Shown here one piece after another: positions 1-13,129 of a stretch of DNA of 64,000 bases (position 1 is its first letter; every line of letters starts with the position of its first letter). Source of the DNA: Stegostoma tigrinum (Eukaryota). A model generated the notes under the pieces. The model searched no databases and had not been told where the DNA came from. It worked only from the letters and a program-made list of their open reading frames with translations. The stretch is taken from assembly GCF_030684315.1 (NCBI RefSeq), contig NC_081376.1, positions 19,759,018-19,823,017 of the forward strand. The letters are read 5' to 3'. Both the position numbers and the translations under genes were made by a program.

Positions 1-2375
1 TGAGACTGGTTTAATAAATGACGGCAGAGTAAAAGATATCCTCAGAAAACAGTGAACATAGCCTGGTTAAAATTTAGTGTTCAGCTTGAAGAGGAGGAAC
101 TTGGGTTAGAAACGATTGTACTAAGCTCAAATAAGGACAGTTACAAAGGAATGAGGGCAGAGCTGGCTGGAATGCACTGGGAAAGGAACTGAGCAGCATA
201 GAGGTCAAGGTAGAGGTACAATAACAAACATTTAAGAAAACAGTTTGTGGCTCACAGCAAAGCTATGTCCCACTGAGGAAGAATTTGAGGAAGGGGACAA
301 AACAGTCATGGTTAACCAGGGAAGTTAAGGATAGCTTCAAACTGAAAGAGGAAACATAATGTGGCAAACTTTTATGGTAAGGCTAAAGATTGGGAATAAT
401 TTAAAAACCAACAAAAGAACATCAAAGGTGATAAACATTAAAAGGGTAAATTTGTAAGTAATGTCAAGATAGAGAACAAGAGCTTCTTTAAATATATAAA
501 AAAGGAAGACAGAAGCCGAAGTGAATATATGTCTCTTAGAAAACAAGGCTGGAGAAATAATAACGAAGAACCAGGAAATGGCAGAGCAGTTGAATAAATA
601 TTTTGCATCAGGCTTCACAGTTTAAAACACAAATATCATTCCAACATGACCAAGTAATCAAGGGGTAAAAGGAGAAGGCGTAATAAATATAATAACTGTC
701 ACAATAGAAAAGGTGTTAGGAAAATAATGGGGCTGAAAATTGATGTTGCCTGGACCTCATGGGATGCATTCTAGGATATTAAAGGAAGTAGCCATGGAGG
801 TGATGGATGTACTGGTAGTAACCTTGCAAGAATTCTTTGATTCCGGAAACATCCTTGACAATGGGAAAATTGCCAATATAACACCTTCATTTCAACTGGG
901 AATGGATTTTTTAAAAAAAGGTAATTACAGGCCAGTTGGCTTAATGTCTATTATTGGGAAAATGTTATAGTCTCTTATAAAGGATATAAAGCAGAACATT
1001 TAAAATGCATAATATGCATAAGCAATGTTAGCATGGCTTCACAAAGATGAAATCATGCCTGAAAATTATCCTAGAGTTCTCTGAAGGGGATAACAAGCAG
1101 GATAGGCAAAGGGGAAGCGACGGATGCAATATGTTTGGATTCTTTTAAAAGGTGTTTAAAGCACCACATATTAGGCTACCTAATAAATAAAGAGCCAATG
1201 CCAGTAGAACTAGTATATGTGCATGGATAAAGGATTGGCTAACTAAGAGAAGCCAAACAGTGAGGATTAGGTGCAAAAACAAAATTGCGGGCAAAGCTCA
1301 GCAGGTCTGGCAGCATCTGTGAAGGAGAAAACAAAGTTAACACTTCGGGTCTGGTGACCCTTCCTCAGGGAATTGGGGGGCGGGGGGGGGGGTGTTTCAG
1401 GATAGGGTATCTATTGGGGTATCACAGGGATCAGTGATGGGGCCACAATTATTTACTATATATAATGACTTTGAGGTAGAAAGTGATTGCACTATAGCCG
1501 AGTTTACAGCCAACACAGAAATAGGTGGAACGGGAAGCATTTAGAATGACACAAAGAGTCTGCAAAGGGATACAGACAGTTTAAGCAAGTGGGCAAAACT
1601 TCACACATAGAAAGTAACGTGAGTAAGTAAGGATATGTACTTTGGCTGGAAGAATAAGGAAGTTGAATATCATATAAATGGGGGAAGGTCTGCAGAAAGC
1701 TACACAACAGTGAAATTTAGGCGTCCTCATGCATGAATCACAAACAGCTAACCATCCAAGTTCAACATATCATAGGGAAGGCAAATGTCGGCCTTTATTT
1801 CAAGAGGCAATGGATAAAAAGGTAGAGAGGTTTTTCAAGAATTATACATGGCACTAGTCAGACTGAAATACTGTGAACAATTTTAGGCTCCTTATCTAAG
1901 GAAAGATACATGGACATTGGAGGCAGTGCAGAAAAGGTTCACGAGATTGATGGAGGTAATGTCTTTTATGAGGCAAGGTTGAGTAGTTTCGATCTGTCCT
2001 GATTGGAATAAAGAAGGATGAGAGGCAACATTATTGAAAATTACACGATTCTTAGGGAACTTGACAGGGTAGATGTGGAAAGACTGTTTTCGCCTTTTGG
2101 GAGAGTCTAGGACTAGAAAGCATAATCGCAAAATAACGGCCACACACTTAAGGCACTACTGAGGAAGAATTGCTTCTCTCAAAGGGTTGTGAATCTGCTG
2201 AATTTTGTTTTACTGCAGAGGCTGTCAAGGCTGGGTCATTATATTTATTCATGGCTGAGATGGAAGGATTTTTCATCAGTGAGTGAATCGAACATTATAA
2301 GGAAAAGGCAGGAAATGTGGTTGAAGATTATTAGATCAGCCAAGGGCCGAGCGGCCTCCTTCTGCTGCTGCGTCC
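1..2375 (+). mobile_element. Degraded CR1 LINE
   Basis: ORF 740..970 (PGPHGMHSRILKEVA...GNYRPVGLMS) and downstream RT and 3' remnants with many frameshifts; interrupted by a Penelope-derived fragment at about 1275-1370. Confidence 0.9.
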
Positions 2376-3839
2376 TAACTGTGCTGTCCTCTTTTGGCCT
2401 ACACTTACTGAATTGGATAGTCAGTGTTAAATTCTAATCCTTGCCCTGCTCGTTATCCCATTGTTGGTTGCTTTGCCATTCTCTATTTTTGACCTTCCTA
2501 CTGACTCCATACCGTCCAATTAGGCCTCATTCATTGTTGACTGAGTCACCAGGTGCCTGGGTGCCGCATTCTGTAAGTTTACAGCCTTGTGACCTCTAAA
2601 ATCCTCCTTAAAACTTACTTGTATTGACCCAGCTTTACGTCACTCTCTTCTAATGGTTCTTTATAGTTTGGAATCTATTTTTGTTTGTAGCTCTGTGCAA
2701 CATTTTCGATATAAATAAAACAAATCCATTAAAATATTTCTACCTAAATAATAGCAATTTTAAAAATTATTATTGCACATTTTGTGCACCTGTTTTGCTT
2801 GCTGACTGCTATTTATAACTCACCTTTTTAAGCTTCAAGTCTGTTTCCTAGTTTTTGGAAACTTATTTAAAGCCATGTTTGTTTAGTTCACACTTGACTG
2901 TTGTGGTTTGTAGATTTATCAGTGCCTTGATTTTTTTATTACTACCCTGCAATTCAATTATTAAAACTCTTTTCTTATTTCATTGAAGTTGGCACTTTTA
3001 AAAATGCATGTCTGGTTGCTGGTTTGCAATGTTGATTCATTCAAGAAAATGTCAGATTTAATCATGTTACGATTTTGCTTTCCACAATTGCTATTACTTC
3101 CATTCCTAATGTGTTATTTGGGCAGCTTGTCACTACAACACCAAAATACAGTTTACCTTGTGGTGTCCCAAGAAACCAAAATGTTGTACACTTATTATGT
3201 CATATTTTAGAACACTTGAGCTTTTGATTAGTTGCTATCCTCTAGTTCATTGTTATTCAATTACATTCTCATTGGAAAGTATATACTTTACATTTACTCA
3301 GTTGGTCTACAGTAACACAACCCTGGTACAACATGACATTTTTCTTTTATGCCCCAGACTTTGTATGACTTTGGACAGTAAATTTTTGAGGGATGCAACA
3401 GCTATGAGCTAGGGATGGTGAGATTTAGCGTGGCAGAAAGTGTTAAAGCAAACTAAAACAAGGATGCACACTGTCAACTGTGTGCAACATTTACAAGGTA
3501 CACTACAGCAATTCACTACCAGTGGGGCGACATGGGTACCAACAGTAATTTGCTTGTTGAAAACAGCTGAAGGGTATGCTGCTTGATACAGTCAGTCAGT
3601 CTTTGGGAGATACGTGCCTAGTATCACAGAAACATTGAAATTCATTTACAATGTTACACATTCCTGTGATAGGTACAACACCTTTTTGATTTGACAGCAG
3701 CACCCTATTAGTGGTGAGTACTACTCATGTTGCTGCTGCATAGTAGCAGCATAAAAAAGATAGCTTCACCTGTTCAAGCATGATAGATACTTTAACCTTC
3801 AGTGGTAATCAGAGGTAGACTACTTACTTTTCAGCCTAG

Positions 3840-4050
3840 CCTAGGGCAGTTCAAAAGTAGAGGACATATTTTTAAGTACAGTTACAACATTTAAAAGACA
3901 TTTGGACAGGTATATGAATACCAAAGGTTCATACAGATATGAGCAAAATGCAGAAAAATGGGACAGTTTAGTTTAGGAAACTTGGTTAGCATGGATGAGT
4001 TAGACCAAAGGGTCTGCTTCCATGCTGCAAGACTCCAACTCTATCAGCGG
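3840..4050 (+). mobile_element. CR1 3'-end fragment
   Basis: acatttaaaagacatttggacagg...gaccaaagggtctg, similar to the other CR1 tails in the window. Confidence 0.7.
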
Positions 4051-4964
4051 CAGTCATATTCTTTCATGAAAAAGATCCCTTTGGCTATTCTCAACAAGCA
4101 TGAAACTGACCATACCCAACCAGCATGTGCTTTCAAAACTCTCAGAATCCAACATTAAATTTGATTCCGCAACTGAGCAATATTTGTTGGATAACCCTCA
4201 AATGTGGGTAATTACGCTGACCATCCATTTATGATCATCAGCCAGGGTGTCAGTGTGGCGCACTTGAGTATAGTGAAAACTACAAATATTAATGCACAGA
4301 GGCCCCATTCTTGCAAAACGGATAGGTACACATAATGCACCTGTTTCGACTGATTAAATGGGAGACAGCCATTCTGATTTACTTCTCAGGGTAATACCCT
4401 GACCAATCAGAATCACTCTGCCAGGTTTAAAATTTAAACAAAGCCTGACAGTTACATTATTAATGGAGTCACACAGCATGGCAATGCCTTTAGCAATCAG
4501 AATCCACTTGACACCCAATCAGCAATTCCCTCTCCTCCAGGATAAGTGTTGATTTTCATCGTGAATTGGTTTTCTTGCATAATGTCCTGAACAGTGCAAG
4601 ACAAAGAGCTTTGTGATTTCTCTTCCTCCAAAAGATGAAACCTCTAACGTGCAAAACTTCCTCAGCACTGCGCTAGAGTATCAGCTTTGATTTTTTTTTG
4701 TGTTCAATTCTTAGTGTGAAAGTCAAGTTCACATCACCTAGAGCATCTATCACACAGATCAGGGTTTCAACACTGAGGTCGAATATGACACCAAGGTCAA
4801 AAATAATCTCATTCAACTTCAGATAGTTGCCAGGTAGAGGGATCTAGTTGGTGGCTAAGGAATGGAGTTTGTCGTGGAAATCCAAGCTAATAGCCTTCTA
4901 AAATTTCGGTTCATTCATTATTGGATAAACAAGCTGACTACTTTAACAGTGGAAGAGACAAACG

Positions 4965-5640
4965 AGACACTGCCCTTGATCATATATAACCTAAGAGCTC
5001 TACCTTATCCAAACATGTTATAATCGTATAGACCTCCATCAATTCTCCATCAACTCCTTTGTTGCAAGACGACAATCCCAAATTTGCAAGCCTAATATTA
5101 TAGTAAAGATTCCTCATCCCTGAAACCATTTTGGCAAGTTTTCTCTGCACCGTCAAAAGGACCATCACACTCTTCCACAAGTGTGATGTCCAGACTGGAT
5201 CTAATACTGCAATTGTGATCTCACCAGAACATTATAACAATTTAGCAAAATGTCACTTTTTTGTACCTACTACACCATTTATGAAATTCAAAAGTCCAAC
5301 TACTTTGCTAACCACTTTCTCAACATGCCCTGCTACCTTCAGAGTTCTATGCTCACGCACCTGTAACCCCACCATCACCACTTGCCAAGTGAATTGTCCC
5401 TGCACACTCCTTAAAACTATGCTACGAACCATACGCCACCTCTTCAGCCAAATGCATCACCTCACACTTGTGTATTGAATTCCACTTATCAGCTGTTCAT
5501 TCCATTATTCCATCCACGCCCTGTTAAAGTCAATTTGTAACTTCTTCACTGCTTTCCTACTCTTCTAAGTTTAGAATCATAGAATATATAAAGAAAAATG
5601 GTGCTACCACTGACCAAGGAAAACCACTGTTTACCACCCT
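4965..5640 (-). mobile_element. Degraded CR1 fragment
   Basis: Reverse-strand RT C-terminal remnants (ORF 4980..5180, ...GELMEVYTII). Confidence 0.65.
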
Positions 5641-7207
5641 CCAGTCAGATGGGGTACAGCTGGAAAATAAATGCAGAACTGGCATGCACTTTCACCGTTT
5701 AACCCAATAATAGAACTAATTAATACAGCGCAATAAGAGTCTGATCTTCCAACCTGACATAGTAATTTCATAAATTTATTGCACCAAGTCTTCAAAGCTA
5801 TTAGCTTCAAAACTAATTATAGAAAAGAAGAATCATTTGGATAGTTATGCGCTCAGAATATCCGAAAATGATTCAAAGAGTGATTCACAGGATTTAAGTT
5901 TTCATCACTTTTTAATATTTGCAACATGCAGTATACAACAACCAACACTGGCAATAAGTTAGTGTATGTATATGTTTGATGGAGGATTATATATTGGTGG
6001 AGGAAATATGCTGCCAAGAACAAAAAAACTCCCAAAATTCTTTTAAAAATAATTCTTATATGTCAAGTTGAATAGATCGTGCCTCTCTTTAATGTTTCAA
6101 ACAAAAACAAAATCGAAGGTTGTCGCACACCCCCAAAGTTAACAGAAGGTATCAGTCTCAATCCGTCACTTGTGGAGTGGGGCTCCATTGCATATTGTTT
6201 GTCAGGGGCATGATCATTTTATCACGTGCTGCACACTGCACTGTTCAGTTATGTACAAACTATTTTTGTCACTTGTTTGTACAATTGTTTATTGGCACAT
6301 ACTGGTCCATTAGGGACTATTTCTATTTCTACACAGCCTGACTTCATAGGTATTCATAAATCCCTGGCTATTCTAATTATTTGAAAGGGTTTTAAATATA
6401 TTTTGAAAATGTGCTTTGTGGAAAGGGAGGGGGGAGAAAAACAAACAGAAGTCAAACTATTGCAACCATCAACCTGCCCACCTTTTATTAAATTTACTTT
6501 AAAGTCTCAAAAGGTAAAAAAAAAGCCTACAGCAAATAAAATATTCCGTTTACCTACTATTTCAGTGAAGCACACAGGAAAATCACAGGGAACGGATCTG
6601 CGCCCAAGAAATTGTACCACAGTGATAAACACTGAAAGAGGACAAGAGGTTAACTCAAGGTATAGCATATACAGTACAGTTTAACAACATGGAAACTGTG
6701 GCGCTCTTCAGGTTGGCTGAAATTGATCTGCACCATAAGTAAGGTTACTGTGAAAGGCAGGATACTACAAGAGAGTGTATCACTGTTTCAAGGATGATTA
6801 AGTAATGAATGAATAATGTTTAGCTTATACCTTTAATCAACACAGTGGTACATATAATTGTAATGTTGCTAGTCCAGAAGTCCAGAGACCCAGGCTAATG
6901 GTCTGGGCTTACGTTTAAATTCAATGAACTAAAATTCAATTATTAAATCTAGAATACAAAGTTAACCTCGGTGACAGTGCTCACTAAACTTTGGTCATCT
7001 GATGTATCAAAATAAAAGGAAGGAAATCTGGCATCATTACCTGGTCTTGCCCTCTTAGGACCCTGGGCCCACAGCAACGTGATTGTCTCTCAGCTGCTCT
7101 ACCAAATGGCATAGAAAACCACTCAGTTCAAGGGCAAGGGATGGGCCTTGACAGTGACTCCCACTCTCGTGAATGAGTGAGAGTAATTTTTCATGGCTAC
7201 CTACTTG

Positions 7208-7415
7208 AGGGTTTTGGTTAGCTCAGTTGGCTTGATGGCTGATTTGCCACACAAAGCAATGCCATCAGCATGGATTCAATTCCTGCACCAGCTGAGGGTA
7301 CCATGAAGGACTCTCCTTCTCAATCTTTCCCCTCGCCTTAGGTGTGGTAAAACACCACCAGTCATCTCTCTCTAGCAAGTGAGCAGTCCTATGTTCTAGT
7401 AAGACTACCTTTTAC
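7208..7415 (+). mobile_element. Short tRNA-derived SINE of another family
   Basis: ttagctcagttgg (A box) ... gattcaattcc (B box) followed by a non-tRNA body. Confidence 0.55.
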
Positions 7416-8489
7416 ATTAACTACAGAAAACAGAGAACCAAATTATTTTAATCGTTGTCGTAGATTTGATCACAGCCTGTTGCTGTGCTGTAAATTCCAT
7501 TTAGTTATTCACGTACCCACCATTCTCTCAGTTACTGCTTGGTTCAGGCAAAAAAAAAAATTTAAAAAGGAAAAGGAAAGCAGGCAAAGTGGATGTAAAC
7601 TAAACACAGCACAAAATAAACAGAATTGGTTATCTAGATAATGCTTTCAACCGAGGAAATAACAGGATAGCTTTGCATGCAGGTGATGAATGAACAACTT
7701 CATTTATTACAGTTCTTTAATCTGCCAAACATAGTACCAGAGATAAAGACAAAGCATTTTCACTTAAAGTACCCAGGCTGAAGGAATACAAGTCCAGAGA
7801 GACACATTTCATCAGAGGAGGCTGTGTGCCTTGGAATTAAAAGATTGCTCCAAGAAGACAACTTGCAAGGACAGCAATTCTCTGCTCAGGAAATAGGTTA
7901 CACTTTGCAGTAGGAGTACATGCTATAATTGCCACCAATGAAATCACATGAGGATAAGGACTGGTCCCTTCGTTAATTAAGATATCTGACTCAGTAGTTT
8001 AACAGATGGCCAAGACTAATCCAAAGGGTAAAGTTGGAAGTAGCAAACCAGACTTTGGAGACTGGATAGGAGGAAATCAGTTTAATTTAGACAGTTTAGC
8101 CCCAGAGAACAGTATTTTTATCTTCCTCAACTCACGCACTGCAGATTAAGTATTGGAGTATCAGTACACACTGACCAAAACTTCAAACCTTTTAAACAAT
8201 TACTCCAGTTTAGAAAACAGAGAAGCGCTTTCTACCTCGTATTTTCACTGAATAAGATCACTTAATTCCAGCTCCCTAATACTATCCATCACCATCTATA
8301 CACCCACAAAAAATGTGGTCACTTGTCCTAAAATGTCTTTCCATCCATGTGCCAAATTTTGTTTGTTAATGCTCTTGCCAAGAACCTTAGAATAATTAGA
8401 TAACATTATACTATATAGAAAGGAAGCACATATTCAACTAGTCATTTACAAAGGTAATAAAAGATTGCTTCACCTGTACTCCAGTTTTC

Positions 8490-10360
8490 ATTCAAAGCAA
8501 GCAAAAATTACATCTGACCAATTATAATATGATAAAGACAGAGCCTGGTCAAACTGAGCTGGAAATCTACATCACAACAATAGGAGCCCTTCAAAAAGCA
8601 AAGAGTGAAAGTGCAAGGTGAGGTGAAGTGTGGAACCAACAAGTCCAAAGAACCCTTGAAGCTGAGGAATGTAAAGGACTGAACAAGCAAAGAAAGAAAA
8701 GATTATGGTAGATACCAAGGGTTTAATGCATCAAAAGCCTCAGAGTGTACTGAAAGTGCATGGGGTTATTCATAAAGTAAATAAGATAGCAAACAGGGAA
8801 CATTAAAAAAGAAAAATCCAAAGGTATTTTATAATCCTATTAGTGGCAAGATAATAACCAGGGAAATAGTAAGGACCATGAGAGGTCCATGTGGCAAAAC
8901 GTGTGGGGCACCAGAACACCAGAAGACATAGGTGAGATTTAAATAAGTATTTTGCATCTGTATTTACTTTAGAGAAGGTTCATGGAGGTACAGATATCAG
9001 GGAAGATTGATTTAATTGAACAAATTACAATTGAGAAGAAGGCATTAGTAGATCCGGCAGTTTTAAAATTGCATAAATCCCCAAGCCCGGATGAGTTACA
9101 TCCCATGCTTTTTCGAGAAGCAAGTATCACAAGGGCCCTGACAGTAATTTTAAAATCCTCTAAAGGCAAATCAGGTACCAGAATGTTGGAGGACAGCTCA
9201 TGTTTCAACTCTCGTAGTTGTGAACTCGGAACTACAAGTTGAACATCAATGGTAGGTAAACCTTTGCAAAAATGAGTGGACAGAATTAAACTCCAAGTGG
9301 AGTGGCAGGGATTACTCAAGGATTTGTCAGAAAAGAGATCATGTCTGACAGTCTTGATCGAGTTTTTCAAGGTGGCAAACAATGGCGCAGATGAGGATAG
9401 TACAGTGGACATAGCCTACATTGGACTTGACTGAGACCTTTGACAAGGAGTCCGGTCAAGATGATATCAGCCCATGACTCAGGGCAATTTGGATCCAACA
9501 TTCACTTAGTATCAGAGGCAGAGGATGACAGTCAGAGTGTTCTTTTGTGATGAAAAGTCTGAGTCTGGGGTGTACTTCAAGGTTGAGTGCTGGATCCCTT
9601 GCTGCTTGAAGTGTACATTAATGACCTACACTCACTGAAGGAGATTTGATCAATAGGTTCACAGATGGCATGAAAATTGGTGATGTGGTACATATTTTTG
9701 AAGAAAGCTTTATGTAGCTTTATTAAGCTTCATAACAACATAGGTGGGCTGGGCAGATGGGCAAAACATTAGCAAATGGAATTCAGTCCTGGAAAGGGAG
9801 AGGTGATGCATTTTGGGAGGATTAACAAGGCAAGGAAGCACACAATGAATGGTAGGATCCAACGGAATACACAGTATCAGTGAGACCTTGGTACACATTT
9901 GGACAAATCCTTGAAAGCAACAGGACAGGTGGATAAGGTGGTTAAGAAGGCATGTGGGATACTTCCCTTAATAGTCTTGAGGAAATGATGTAAAGTAAAC
10001 AGTCAGCCAGAATTCCATGCCAAATTATTTGAAAATGCTCTGAATTTTCATTCTACGTGGAGGAAGTAAATTATTTAAATTATTTTATCCATATGGGCTA
10101 CTTAAAGTGTTGTTGATTGCAACGGGAAAGGAATATAAAAGAAACATGTGTTGCCCCACCCCCCTCACACATACACAGTGGTAGAGGTGGGTTTATTGTA
10201 TACTTCTACAGTAGAGATAGATAGATTGTTGACTAATAAGGAAGTCAATGGTTCTTGGAATGTCAGGAATGTAAATGTGGAACCTCAATCAGATGAGCCG
10301 TAATTTTCTTGAATGGTACAGTACACTAAAGGAGCTGAAAAGTCTATTCCTACTCCAAAA
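8490..10360 (+). mobile_element. Degraded CR1 LINE
   Basis: ORF 8982..9242 (KSPSPDELHPML) and RT remnants up to about 9990; tail fragment at about 10170-10360. Confidence 0.8.
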
Positions 10361-11205
10361 TCATACAAATCTTCTTCTCAACATTAGCAGTCCACTGTAG
10401 TCTTCCCATAGGTCTCAAAGAATGGAAGTTCCAGCGAGCAGCTGATTTGGCAAAGACTGTTTGATTGTCAATCTTCTAGGAAATACATTGTGCCGAGGAA
10501 TGAAAGGAAATCATGGCAATACTCCAAATATTTGGCAAGGTAGAAAGATAATAACACCCCTTCTAATTTATTTCAATGTCTTTTTAGGTCAGCAACTACT
10601 GAATTTTTTGATTAACTCACCTATTTCTAGCAGTAGCCAGCACAAGCTTGTGAATATACAATCATTCATATGTGAAACAGGAACGCATATCAAATTTTCT
10701 TGGATTTATGCAGAAATTATGCAAATCCATAAGTAATTACGTTTAGAATTTCCATTTACAGAGAATAATCTTCTGAAAAAAAGGGACATTTTAAAGTGCA
10801 GTACTATGCTTAGAATATTAAATCTGTTTCACTTCTGCAATATGCAGAAGAAGGAACTGTATTATCCGTGATTACTCAGGCTTGGGAAAGCAGTTTAATT
10901 AAATTAGTCATGATCAATTTTAACACAATGAAATTAAGTTCCCAATAACTACAAAAGGTGAGAATCAAAAACAGTAAACAGCTACAAAGAGAAAAATAAC
11001 TATAATATCCACTTTTCTGTTCTAGTTAACACAAGGGCCAGCTTATTCAGCAGACCCTTACCCCAAAACCTGTTTCTTCTCCTCACTTAATATCAAATTG
11101 TTGCGAGACCAAAACAGTCCATATTAGTGCAGGTCTAGCAGAACACTTCAAACTAAAATTTCTAAAACATATCCCCGTAGCTTTCCTTAGTATTAAGTGA
11201 CTCTC

Positions 11206-11245
11206 AGTTCTGAAGAGAAGTCAAGCTGGGCTTGAAACGTAAACT
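11206..11245 (+). ncRNA. Minimal hammerhead motif in a short repeat remnant
   Basis: aguu-CUGAAGA-g-aaguc-aagcug-ggcuu-GAAA-c-GUA-aacu: 4-bp stem I, 5-bp stem II, intact core. Confidence 0.55.
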
Positions 11246-12224
11246 CTCTTTCCCTGAGTTTCTCAGCACTTTGTTTTTACTACAATTCCCACTTTTCTAC
11301 TCCCATCTCAAACCACAGCATACAGTACTGGAAAATGTATATCCACTGTAATGTTTGGCAAGTTGCCAAAGTACCTGGCAAAAGCACTTCAAAGCTAGAG
11401 GGGAATGAATGTTTTCTCTAATAAATTTGATATTCAATTTTACTCTAAAGCTATAGTAATGCTGCACCCTGCAGTGATTAATAAGGTTCAGGCCATGATT
11501 TATGTGCAAATTTTAGTGCAGAAGTGGGAGTAAAGGAAAGGAGAGAAAGAAGTTTAATTTGGAAGAGAGATATTGATCAAATTCTGATCAATACAATGCC
11601 CAGGGATCACCACAGCATGGTTGCTCCTAAACAAAAATCAAAGAAACCTAACAGATTATTACGAGTCTATGTCACAGATAATTTATTAAAAAAGCCATTA
11701 TTGAAGAAGAGTCTCAGTGGTTGTCGAAGACAATTAAGAATCAATGACACCAACAACTGGGAGAAGCAGTGAGGTTCAGTTTCCATCATCTGAATGATGG
11801 AAGTTAAGAACTTAAGAAAATTTACATTTACTAAGCAACCAAACACATTTTTAAAATGTTTCAAACCAATTACTTACATACAAACAAATGTGTTTAACAG
11901 AAAACAATCAAAATATCCACCTGCCTGTCCCATAAATTTGTGATGGCCCATATATCGTGATGGATCCATGTTCCAATCCACCTGGAGCTTTCTAAATGCC
12001 TGACAGAGCAAAAACCTCAGGCTGAGTATGGAAATATGGAAGAAGTTCCTCTCAAACCCCTACTAATTCAATCCCCAATTACTGCCCCATCAGCTTCCTC
12101 ACAAGAGTCAAAGTGATGGGAATTGGGATCAACAATGCGATCAAGCAGCATTCACACAGCAATAATTTATAAAATACTGCCAGTTCCAGACACCTTGAAC
12201 CAAAGATGGAAATAAAAAACGCTA

Positions 12225-13110
12225 AATTGCAATGGTATGAAGACAGCGACTGCTCTCAACATCGAGGCAACATTTGTCTGAGTCTGGCATCAAGACGTCA
12301 GAGCAACAGTGAAGTGAATGGGAATCAGTTGGAAAAGTCTCATTGATTTGAGTCTTAACTGGCACAAAGAAAGATGGTAATGATTGCTGCTTCAATGACC
12401 TTCCCAACATAATAAAATCAGAAGTGGGGAATTTAATTGGTGATTGCACAGTATTCAGTTTAATTTGTAATTCCTCTGATACCAAAGTAGTCCACGCCCA
12501 TATGCAACAAAACCTGGGCAAATTCTAGGCTTGGGCTGCTGAGTAACATTCACATCAGGCAAGTGGTAGGAAATGACCAAGTACAGCAAGAGATAATGCA
12601 ACCATCTCCCATTAACATTCAACTTCATTACTGTAATGAAGAATCTTCCAAACATCCTGGAAGTCTCCATTCGTCAGAAACTTAACTAGATCAAACGAAT
12701 AAATATTTCAGCTGCAAGAAGAGGTCAAAAACGGGCAATTCAGTGGAGATTAATGAGATTAATTAATATTTGAAATCCTCAAAACCATCTCCAGGACACA
12801 AGTCAGGAATGTGGAATACGCTCCAGTTGTCTGAATAAGTCTGGTTCCAACAGCACTAAAACATTTAACACCAGGTTAAGTTCAGGTAAAGCGGTCCAAC
12901 TAATCAGGATCTCATCAATCATCATTAACATTCAAACACTCCATCACCAACACAATGGCAGCAGAGTGCACAATGAACAACATCACTGTAGCAACTCACC
13001 ACATATCCTCCAACGGCAACTCCCAAACATAGGAACATTGTCAATGATCGATGTCTGTAATTCGCCTTTCACCTATCACACTATCTTGATCTGAAACCAC
13101 GTCATTAATG
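12225..13110 (+). mobile_element. Degraded LINE RT/3' fragment of a different CR1/L2-group family
   Basis: gcatttgtctgagtctggcatcaag and ttcaatgaccttcccaacataataaaatcagaagtgggg...gattgcacag resemble AFDxVWH and NDLPSIIRSEVG.ADDCT. A reverse copy of the 3' part lies at about 47490-47885. Confidence 0.6.
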
Positions 13111-13129
13111 TTTCATAATGGTAATGAGT

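Noticed and set aside
3512-3532. CTCF-like CTACCAGTGGGGCGAC
   Set aside because: Mismatches and shifted spacing relative to the core; too weak without a PWM score.
7208-7290. tRNA genes at A/B-box sequences (also about 22350-22431, 40404-40490, 48350-48435)
   Set aside because: No closed cloverleaf, and each continues into a multi-copy SINE body.
11921-11999. 79-nt minus-strand segment with ag/gt borders
   Set aside because: No similarity to MAD1 in any frame, frameshifting length and a weak donor (gtggat).
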